A DNA stretch of 27,580 nt from a virus (IMGVR_UViG_3300020727_000067:1-27580), one strand, 5' to 3'. Counted from the stretch's first letter, positions 18,261 through 25,317 are shown. Notes: a model not told the origin generated them from the sequence alone. Translations and numbers: made by a program.

Positions 18261-18320
18261 GCAGGCCACGATGCTCGTAACATCTGCCTGCTCTAACAGT
18301 TGTAAAGGAACTATCAGCAC
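18261..18320 (+). promoter_or_regulatory. Structured 5' leader of the endonuclease gene, copy B
   Basis: GCAGGC-CAC-GATG-loop-CATC-T-GCCTGC then TCTAACAGTTGTAAAGGAACTATCAGCAC. Confidence 0.65.
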
Positions 18321-19103
18321 ATGTATTTACAAAACAAATATACCAAATGTTATGAATTTATTATTAATAATGCAAGAAATAGGATACATGATCCTTCTGA
18401 GTATTACGAAACTCACCACATTTTGCCAAGATGTATGGGAGGATCGAACGAAAGATCAAATTTAATCAAATTAACTGCAAGAGAGCATTTTATTTGTCAC
18501 ATACTTCTTGTAAAAATGGTGAACGATACTGTCATAAGATCAAAATTGTCTTATGCAGCTTGGCAAATGACTATGATAAAAAATAGACCCCGTTATATCC
18601 CAACATCAAAACAATACGAATTTTTACGCAAACAACTATCTAAAAATACAAAAGGTATTCCCAAAACTGAAGAACACAAATTGGCAATGCGTAAACCAAA
18701 ATCTAATACTGAACATATGAAGGGCGGTAAAGGGAGAACTCCCGGATTCACACAATCAGAAGAAGCAAAATTAAAGCTATCACTTAAAATGAAGGGCCGA
18801 TTAGTAGGAGAGAAAAATCCATTTTACGGTAAAACTCATAGTGAAGAAAATCGTAAAAAGTGGAGTGAAATGTTCAAAGGAGTTCCCTTATCGCTTGAAC
18901 ACAAACGTAATATCGGTAATGGTTTAAAAGGAAAACCTACATGGAATAAAGGTATTCCTATGAGTGAGATAGCAAAACAAAAAGCAGGTATATCACTTGC
19001 GGGCAGAATAACCGTTAATAACGGATTAAAAAATAAACGAGTCAGACCCGAAGAGGTTGACTCGTTTATTGTGCAAGGATGGGTTAAGGGAAAATTAATT
19101 TAA
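18321..19103 (+). mobile_element. Free-standing HNH homing endonuclease with NUMOD3-type repeats
   Basis: ETHHILPRCMGGSNERSNLIKLTAREHFICHILL; NPFYGKTHSEE; opposite strand. Confidence 0.88.
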
Positions 19104-19105
19104 AA

Positions 19106-19211
19106 CAGGATGTTGTGACATAAAAGACCGGGAGTCGAACCCACTGTCACTGTCCCCTACTGGACTGGCCCGCTAGGTTTGGCAGCGAAATTTGATTGCC
19201 GTAATCATCCT
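19106..19211 (-). ncRNA. Candidate Y-RNA-like ncRNA with tRNA D/T-arm module (motif copy 2)
   Basis: AGGATG(A)-TTACGGCAA ... CATCCT-G closing stem; inside are CGCT/AGCG hairpin, GGCC/GGTC stem, GTCC-AGTAGG-GGAC and GGG-TTCGACT-CCC. Confidence 0.65.
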
Positions 19212-19331
19212 AAAACATCAATCTCTGGTGGGAGTGACGATTCTTCACCCACTCTTTTACCCACTCACGAGCGCCACTATCATGAGTCTTTATGGCCTTG
19301 TTAGGTAATGTGCTACTTATTGATCGTTTAA

Positions 19332-19847
19332 CTACACTACAGAGAAAATTTGACTGAATTGTTTCGATAATGATTTAGAATATGTTGAAAAATCTTCGTA
19401 CATAACTGGAATGCTGTAAAGTTTTTTACATTCATAAACAGTCATATCTCCTGTTACGACATCAATTCCGTAGAATTTTTTAACTCCTGCAACAAATTCT
19501 TTTCGATCAATCCATTCAAAATTGAGGGTTTTATTTTTACAAATATATTTTACTATTCGATCAATATTCCATGCACCCGGAATGACACCTAGCATTCCTC
19601 CTATATCAATGCCGTCTACAATAAACCAATCATGAATTAGTGAGGCTTCGATGGGCCTATCGAGCACATTCAAAAGACGAACCATTTGCCATGGGTGTAA
19701 GAATTGTTGAATTTGACCAAACTGAAAAGTGGAATTGTTATTAATTTTTTTCTTGATTTTAATTTCAAGATCACCGCGTATAGATGACCAATCACCCAAC
19801 GCAACATCCATATTTTCAAAAGTCACTTTGAGGTCACTTATATTCAT
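19332..19847 (-). CDS. Hypothetical protein
   Basis: 171-aa ORF, SD GAGG, AT-rich. Confidence 0.7.
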   Translation of the reverse strand: MNISDLKVTFENMDVALGDWSSIRGDLEIKIKKKINNNSTFQFGQIQQFLHPWQMVRLLNVLDRPIEASLIHDWFIVDGIDIGGMLGVIPGAWNIDRIVKYICKNKTLNFEWIDRKEFVAGVKKFYGIDVVTGDMTVYECKKLYSIPVMYEDFSTYSKSLSKQFSQIFSVV

Positions 19848-19890
19848 AAAAATTCCTCGCTATTTGAAATAATTCTTATATAGAAAAAAC

Positions 19891-20103
19891 TTATAATGGT
19901 TTTATTGATAACAATGAATTACGATCCATGCGCTGTTTTTCGCGTAATGTTTCGCGGTCAATTGCATGTTCCGAGACTTCTTCGACGGTCTAAAAGTTAC
20001 CATCTTCCATTTCAACTCTTGCGCCTAACTTAGCGCCACGATCTTCGATCCAGCCAACTGTGTTGGTATTTTCAAGGGTGAGTTTACATTGTCGATACAT
20101 CAT
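19891..20103 (-). pseudogene. 70-codon ORF interrupted by an in-frame TAG at codon 38
   Basis: SD AAAGGA; MMYRQCKLTLENTNTVGWIEDRGAKLGARVEMEDGNF*TVEEVSEHAIDRETLREKQRMDRNSLLSIKPL; TAG at 19990-19992. Confidence 0.6.
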
Positions 20104-20122
20104 ATTTCTAATTCCTTTTAAA

Positions 20123-20187
20123 CAGGATGCCTTTTTTGCTTTTTTTGATTACAAGTCAAATGCATAAAGGTTTGCTGAAAGCATCCT
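20123..20187 (-). ncRNA. Candidate ncRNA presenting an isolated anticodon arm (UGU, Thr-like) (motif copy 3)
   Basis: AGGATGC-TTTCAGCAA-A-CCTTT-A-TGC-A-TTTGA-CTTGTAA-TCAAA...GCA..AAAGG-(G)CATCCT-G. Confidence 0.65.
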
Positions 20188-20197
20188 TAAACTTTAA

Positions 20198-20647
20198 TTA
20201 CGTAAACGTCTTTAGTGCCTTAATATCGTCACCGATGTTGTCTTCACTAATAGGACCAAGACCAAGACAAGTCGTGGTTGGCTCCGTGAATACAGTGAAT
20301 GCTGCATCAGTTACAAGATGCGTACCGCAGATGTTCTTATACTTTTCCTGGATGGCCCGAAGCTCATCTACAGTATCTACGATAAGAGTAATCTTATAAG
20401 CACGATCGCTATTCGCATAATCATGCGCCTGGTCGATTTTAGATTTCATGATCTCAAGCCGTTCAATGTTTTCTGCATCAGCCTCGACAATGTTATTTTG
20501 ATCCCACCAAGGACCACTATATGGAGTGATAGCATCCCAAAATGCATGAAGCGCCGCGTGTCCTGCTTGTGTACACATTTTACCACGGATACCGTTCATT
20601 TTATCAATACTTTCTTTAGCAAAAATAATATAGATTTTATGTCTCAT
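20198..20647 (-). CDS. pth2: Peptidyl-tRNA hydrolase, Pth2 type
   Basis: GKMCTQAGHA, KITL, VTDAAFTVFTEPTTTCLGLGP match the Pth2 motifs GK-x-x-x-Q-x-x-HA and DAG-x-T...T-x-LG-x-GP. Confidence 0.85.
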   Translation of the reverse strand: MRHKIYIIFAKESIDKMNGIRGKMCTQAGHAALHAFWDAITPYSGPWWDQNNIVEADAENIERLEIMKSKIDQAHDYANSDRAYKITLIVDTVDELRAIQEKYKNICGTHLVTDAAFTVFTEPTTTCLGLGPISEDNIGDDIKALKTFT

Positions 20648-21336
20648 TTGATATCCCTTTTCTTTGCTTCTCTTGCTTTTGCGGCTAATTTCATTTTTTC
20701 TATCGTCTCCGGAGAAAATTTTCTACCGGTCATTTTTTCACTAATCTGATTGCGTTGTTCGGTAGATATTATTTTTCCTTTATGTGCCGCCCCAATTTTT
20801 TTTCGATGTTCGGCAGATTTTTCTTTTCCAGTGAGTGAATTTGATATTTTTAATTTGTGATCTTCGGACTTTTCTTTTCCAGAAAGAGCATCTGATATTT
20901 TTTTTCGATATTCTTCAGAATATATTTTTTGTTTACTTTTATCCCCGATTTGGCGTTTCGTTACTTCTGAATGGGATTTTCCATAGAATCCATTATCTTC
21001 ACCAAATAGCCTAGGACCTGCATCGCCGCCTTCAGAAACATTTAATAAAATTCCTTTTTTATCTCCATAATGTTTGCGTCCAAATTTTTTGATCAACTCA
21101 ATCTCTAACAGAAATGCATCTTCTCTAGAAAGATTATTTTGCCATATCTTGATATATGGTTTAAACCCTAACAATTTAAGTTTTCTTATTTTTCTGAATT
21201 TAAGTCTATTACATGTTGTGTTTTCGGTTTCGAGATAATGATCATAACACCGATTACCTGAACCCATGCCGACATAAAACGGAAGATAAAAATTTGTAGG
21301 ATCGAGTAGTAAATAGACGTAAAAGATGTTTTCCAT
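20644..21336 (-). mobile_element. Free-standing GIY-YIG endonuclease with NUMOD3-type repeats, inserted in pth2
   Basis: FYVYLLLDP...PFYVGMGSGNR...E..LI...LLN; repeated KSEDHKxKIS; late-like GATAAATA at 21342-21349. Confidence 0.85.
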
Positions 21337-21370
21337 AATGTTATTTATCAAAAACAGTTTACTTACACGC

Positions 21371-21445
21371 TTATTGATTACCACGAATGCCGTTCATCTT
21401 CTCTACGCTTTCGCGGGCAAAGATGCAGTACATTTTAATCTTCAT
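21371..21445 (-). pseudogene. Orphaned original N-terminus of pth2 (24 codons)
   Basis: MKIKMYCIFARESVEKMNGIRGNQ* aligns without gaps to the Pth2 N-terminus MRHKIYIIFAKESIDKMNGIRG. Confidence 0.85.
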
Positions 21446-21602
21446 CATCTTGATCCTCTAAGTAGTATTCCTTGAGAGCGTCATAATCAATATGACCTTC
21501 GTCATCGAGATATTTGACAACTTTACGAGCGTCAAACATATTCATGCCACAATTTGACACTAGGTCAATTGTAAGACTGTGATACACATTGTTGGAATTC
21601 AT
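21435..21602 (-). CDS. Small acidic hypothetical protein (55 aa)
   Basis: Start at MNSNNVY; the longer track ORF overlaps tRNA-Cys. Confidence 0.6.
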   Translation of the reverse strand: MNSNNVYHSLTIDLVSNCGMNMFDARKVVKYLDDEGHIDYDALKEYYLEDQDDED

Positions 21603-21619
21603 ACAACTACTTTCTAAGA

Positions 21620-21697
21620 TGGAGCGCCGGGCGTGATTCGAACACGCGGTGTTACTGCTTTGCAAACAGTTGCATTGGGCCTCTCTGCCACCGACGC
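21620..21697 (-). tRNA. tRNA-Cys(GCA)
   Basis: Cloverleaf, loop TT-GCA-AA, U73, encoded CCA. Confidence 0.92.
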
Positions 21698-21710
21698 ACT
21701 ATTAAAATTC

Positions 21711-21800
21711 TGGCGGAGCGTGAGGGATTCGAACCCTCGGTACCGGTTAAGGTACGTCTCGTTAGCAATGAGGTGGTTTCAGCCGCTCACCCAACGCTCC
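21711..21800 (-). tRNA. tRNA-Ser(GCT)
   Basis: Acceptor GGAGCGT/ACGCTCC, long variable arm, G73, CCA; two mismatches in the anticodon stem. Confidence 0.9.
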
Positions 21801-21815
21801 GTGTTTGTTGTTGCA

Positions 21816-21844
21816 ATTATAGCAATATTTATCGTTATAGTCAA
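21816..21844 (-). promoter_or_regulatory. sigma70-type promoter
   Basis: TTGACT-17-TATAAT. Confidence 0.8.
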
Positions 21845-21848
21845 CTAA

Positions 21849-22244
21849 CTATTTTAGTTTTTCTTTCACAATTGGATGTGTCTTTGTGTAATCCGGATGT
21901 ACCCTATCTTTAGATGAAATACCAGAAAGGTCAACAAATGAATCATTATATATCTCTACAACCCGTTTAATGGCAGTAGCAGCTTCGCGATTATAGGGTA
22001 GAATCCATATTACCTTTTTAGACTTAAGAGATCGGCGTAGCTTAAACGCATTCTCATAATTGTGAGGATTGTTAGGCCAATTAGACCCCATTGAGATAAC
22101 TGTGTACGCATCTCCGCCTTTACCGATAAAATGCTTGACGATATAATCTGTGTCGGCACCGATCTTGGCATGAATTGCACATTTTGTATCTAATTGATGT
22201 AGTCCAACAGCGATACTATCACCAATATATACACAATCACTCAT
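21849..22244 (-). CDS. SGNH/GDSL-like hydrolase
   Basis: IGDSIAVG, MGSN, DRVHP. Confidence 0.7.
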   Translation of the reverse strand: MSDCVYIGDSIAVGLHQLDTKCAIHAKIGADTDYIVKHFIGKGGDAYTVISMGSNWPNNPHNYENAFKLRRSLKSKKVIWILPYNREAATAIKRVVEIYNDSFVDLSGISSKDRVHPDYTKTHPIVKEKLK

Positions 22245-22246
22245 TA

Positions 22247-22657
22247 TTACCTCCGCATACGAGCAATATCTTCTGCATCGCTTTGCTCAAAAATTGGGAC
22301 CATGTTCGATTTATGCATAGTGCCGATACCCAGCAGTTTGCGTTCTCCAGAATAGGCCATTGCAGGCTTAGCAAAACCATTACCTACACCGTTACTGCTA
22401 TGAACATCGGGACTTTTGCGAGTATAAACACCGGGATTGAGTGGATCTTTTACAACTTTAGCTTTGTAGCTACTCTTTCCCTGTTTATATGCAACATATT
22501 CCTCTAGGGTTTTTTCTTTACTGCCGACTCTACGCATGAGTTTATTATACTCGCGGAATTCAGCGGCAAATTTTGAGTTGAGAACAGTATCCTTGTTCTT
22601 CTTACGACGATTGTAAGTAGTTGTGGTCAAATGTGGACCGACTAAATGCATACTCAT
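22247..22657 (-). CDS. Conserved T4-like phage hypothetical protein
   Basis: C-terminal GIGTMHKSNMVPIF...ARMRR. Confidence 0.8.
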   Translation of the reverse strand: MSMHLVGPHLTTTTYNRRKKNKDTVLNSKFAAEFREYNKLMRRVGSKEKTLEEYVAYKQGKSSYKAKVVKDPLNPGVYTRKSPDVHSSNGVGNGFAKPAMAYSGERKLLGIGTMHKSNMVPIFEQSDAEDIARMRR

Positions 22658-22676
22658 CTGATAACTTTCTTAATAA

Positions 22677-22753
22677 TGGCGCTCACGGCAGGACTCGAAC
22701 CTGCACTTACCCGATTAGAAGTCGGGGGCCTTATCCAGTTAGACGACGTGAGC
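22677..22753 (-). tRNA. tRNA-Arg(TCT)
   Basis: Cloverleaf, CCCGA-CTTCTAA-TCGGG, CCA. Confidence 0.95.
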
Positions 22754-22761
22754 TTATATTG

Positions 22762-22950
22762 TTAATCTTGATAGGGATCCTCGTAGCCTGACAAATCCAA
22801 AGGTTCTTCTAGACCACGAATTGCTTTATAACCACGGTATAGACCTACTGCTACCAGTCCAGTGAAACCAAATACTGCAAAAAATGCAATAGCTGGTACC
22901 CAATTACTGGCATGTCCGTGCATTGTCTCCTTGATCCTCTTCATGTTCAT
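22762..22950 (-). CDS. Small membrane protein
   Basis: Start moved downstream of the promoter at 22979-23007; one TM segment. Confidence 0.65.
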   Translation of the reverse strand: MNMKRIKETMHGHASNWVPAIAFFAVFGFTGLVAVGLYRGYKAIRGLEEPLDLSGYEDPYQD

Positions 22951-22958
22951 GCCCTTTG

Positions 22959-23010
22959 TAAATGCTAGTTTGATCGTTAGTATAGTGTAAAATCTGTTGT
23001 TTGTCAACGG
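22959..23010 (-). repeat. 52-bp promoter-containing direct repeat, copy A
   Basis: 47/52 identical to 23571-23622; contains TTGACA-17-TATACT. Confidence 0.9.
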
Positions 23011-23023
23011 TGTTTGAGGATAT

Positions 23024-23557
23024 TTATTTCCTATTCAAAAACATAGACAGGCTAAATCTAAACTTTGGTGCAATAATAGACTGCGGACGCATGGTATGAG
23101 GAATGTTCCCGTCAAACAATATCAGCCTACCCGGAGTGTACGGTGAAGTGTATTTGATATCACGAAGATTATCTGAATAAAATTGTGTTTCACCGTGCCA
23201 TCCTTCTTTCCACTCTAAGTTTACATAGTATAGAAGAACTTTTTCTTCAGGATGGGTATGTGTATAGTACACATCACTAGGTGTTGTTAGATTTAATATG
23301 GACTTTGTTAATTCATAATTTTCTAGAATATGGCTAGCTGGTGAATTTCTTATGCTGGCTAAGATGCTTAGGCTTTCTACATATTCAGTAGACCAAGGAG
23401 AAAAGAATGACAGATTATGTGAATGTCTCTCTGGTACTGACGTGCAAGTCCAGTCTAGCAACGAAAAGCTGGAATTTAAGGCAGAATTAAAAGTATTCAG
23501 TCTCACAGACAGCGGAAAAACATCATCATGTATTTCAATGGTATGAGTACCTGTCAT
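23024..23557 (-). CDS. 2OG-Fe(II) oxygenase-like protein
   Basis: LLYYVNLEWKEGWHGETQF, PGRLILFDGNIPH, RFSL. Confidence 0.8.
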   Translation of the reverse strand: MTGTHTIEIHDDVFPLSVRLNTFNSALNSSFSLLDWTCTSVPERHSHNLSFFSPWSTEYVESLSILASIRNSPASHILENYELTKSILNLTTPSDVYYTHTHPEEKVLLYYVNLEWKEGWHGETQFYSDNLRDIKYTSPYTPGRLILFDGNIPHTMRPQSIIAPKFRFSLSMFLNRK

Positions 23558-23560
23558 CTG

Positions 23561-23815
23561 CTATCCCTTATAAATGCTAGTTTGACCGTTATTATAATAT
23601 AAAATCTGTTGTTTGTCAATGGCCTTTGTCAAACATTCATCGCAGACGGTAATCTCGATGAGTTCACTATAATCCATGGTATCAAAGAAAGTTGATCCAT
23701 AATGGCCATTGGTATTAAACACTGTGGCTTTATAGGGTTGATTGTGTTTACAACCACGATATGCTTCTTCGGGTTGATACCCACATACGATACAAGATAG
23801 CAATTTAGCTGTCAT
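23561..23815 (-). CDS. Small Zn-finger protein
   Basis: CIVC...CDEC; ATGA overlap. Confidence 0.7.
   Translation of the reverse strand: MTAKLLSCIVCGYQPEEAYRGCKHNQPYKATVFNTNGHYGSTFFDTMDYSELIEITVCDECLTKAIDKQQILYYNNGQTSIYKG
23571..23622 (-). repeat. 52-bp promoter-containing direct repeat, copy B
   Basis: Contains TTGACA-17-TATAAT; lies inside the 3' end of the Zn-finger ORF. Confidence 0.9.
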
Positions 23816-24219
23816 AGATCTAATCCTACCTTTCCTTTGTAACGAATAGTGGGTTCATCGGATTCTTCGTAGCGAGAATAACCAATCATTTCGCCGTCCT
23901 CGGCGTCAATGTACGGATCAATCCAATCGAGGAATAGGTTAATTTCGTTATCATAGTTCTTAAAGTCACTACGATTGATAAATGACCAGCTCTTACCGAT
24001 TTTGTCATACTCTAGTAGACTAGATGCAATTGGCGTAAAATAGTAACTGGACGAACGAAGCATATAATTCCACCGCCCAGTTTCGAACAAGGGATGGCTA
24101 GGCAAATCGACAATTTCGGGAACATCCAAATCCTCAGCAATCATTAGCTTTAACACATTAATCACCTTTGGGTCATCGACAATGCGAGTCGAAACAACAA
24201 GTTCAGTATACATTCCCAT
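23812..24219 (-). CDS. Hypothetical phage protein
   Basis: 135 aa, MGMYTEL...KNYDNEI..FLDWI, SD AAGGA. Confidence 0.8.
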   Translation of the reverse strand: MGMYTELVVSTRIVDDPKVINVLKLMIAEDLDVPEIVDLPSHPLFETGRWNYMLRSSSYYFTPIASSLLEYDKIGKSWSFINRSDFKNYDNEINLFLDWIDPYIDAEDGEMIGYSRYEESDEPTIRYKGKVGLDL

Positions 24220-24238
24220 AATACTTTTCCTTAAAAAG

Positions 24239-24559
24239 TGGTGCGCCCGGAGGGACTTGAACCCCCAACCTATCCGTTCAGATTTGTGTAGTTTTCACTA
24301 CTCTCTGGACTATATCATTACCCTCGTCATTACACGTTAGGGTATGGGGCGTTATTGAGAGATTATTGAGAAGGCTTCTCACTCTCTAGTCTCTGCACCT
24401 TCTGGTCTACTTTAATGCCTATTCGACCAGCTTGGCTCAGGATTGCCTTGGACTTTCGTCTTTAGGTTTCCCTGAATTAACCCCATTTGCAATAATATGT
24501 TTCCATATTATGTCACCCTTCGATGAGCGGACAGCTCTGACCAATTGAGCTACAAGCGC
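24239..24559 (-). tRNA. Intron-containing tRNA with CAT anticodon (Ile2 or elongator Met); exons 24523-24559 and 24239-24278
   Basis: Joined exons give GCGCTTG-TA-GCTC-AATTGGTCA-GAGC-T-GTCCG-CTCATAA-CGGAT-AGGTT-GGGGG-TTCAAGT-CCCTC-CGGGCGC-A-CCA. Confidence 0.92.
24279..24522 (-). mobile_element. ORF-less group I intron (IC3-like, 244 nt) after anticodon position 36
   Basis: 5' exon ends in U, intron ends in G; P1 TCAT/GTGA with U-G wobble; P AATTCAGGGAAAC, Q AATCCTGAGC, R GTGCAGAGACTAG, S ATGATATAGTCC. Confidence 0.93.
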
Positions 24560-25184
24560 ATTTGTTAATTTCTTCTTGCACATTATATGCATTATCGTTG
24601 ATCATGTCAACTTCTTTTTTCTTAATTACCAAGATAGGTTTATCAGAATATTTCCATTTAGCTCTGTCTCGATCAGTTTCGTAACCTTTAACTTCGATAT
24701 AGATGTTATCTGCTTCGATTAAGAAATCTGGAAAATATAAATGCCATGAATCATTCCACAAATAAGGAATCGGTTTAATTCCTTTCCTAGTCCATTTTAT
24801 ACCATGCAGGTCTAGATACTGTGCAACTATATATTCCCAAGTACTGTTAAATCTAACTCCATTAACTTCGAAATGTTTAGATCTACCGACTATATTTTTG
24901 TCGGAGTACGATTCTGGATGATCTAATACCGCTTGTTTCATTCTTAGAGATTGTTTTTCTCTATATTCCGGAGTTCTTTGATTTTTAATAGCAGTTTCGG
25001 ATAGTTTCTTTCGAGTTTCTTCAGATAACGGTGGTTGAGACAGTCTTATTTTACTCTGTTTCTGTTTATATTCGTCAGTTTCCCAAAAACCTGGGATCCT
25101 ATTTGGATTTTGAGAGCAACTTTTTGAGTGTACAGTTACTCTGCTTTTTACAGTAAATGCTCTATTACAATATTCACAATTCAT
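24513..25184 (-). mobile_element. PD-(D/E)XK (TnsA-like) endonuclease with N-terminal Zn finger
   Basis: CEYC...H...C; NSTWE, YFPDF, IEVKG; TATAAATA at 25201-25208. Confidence 0.8.
24582..24610 (-). promoter_or_regulatory. sigma70-type promoter for the intron-containing tRNA, embedded in the endonuclease ORF
   Basis: Perfect TTGACA-17-TATAAT. Confidence 0.8.
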
Positions 25185-25235
25185 AAAATTTCTCTTGTAG
25201 TATTTATAAATTGTAATTAAAAGAGCGGTTAGCTT

Positions 25236-25312
25236 TGGTGCTTCTGACTGGATTTGAACCAGTGGCCTATTTCTTAGGAGGAAATCGCTCTATCCTGCTG
25301 AGCTACAGAAGC
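25236..25312 (-). tRNA. tRNA-Arg(CCT)
   Basis: ATTTC-CTCCTAA-GAAAT, cloverleaf, CCA. Confidence 0.93.
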
Positions 25313-25317
25313 GTAAG

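Noticed and set aside
19990-19992. Genome-wide TAG reassignment
   Set aside because: Only one interrupted gene; others are full length in code 11, several end in TAG, and no canonical CUA tRNA is in the window
20582-21379. Group I intron or intein in pth2
   Set aside because: No P/Q/R/S core or intein termini, and a complete replacement N-terminus makes splicing unnecessary
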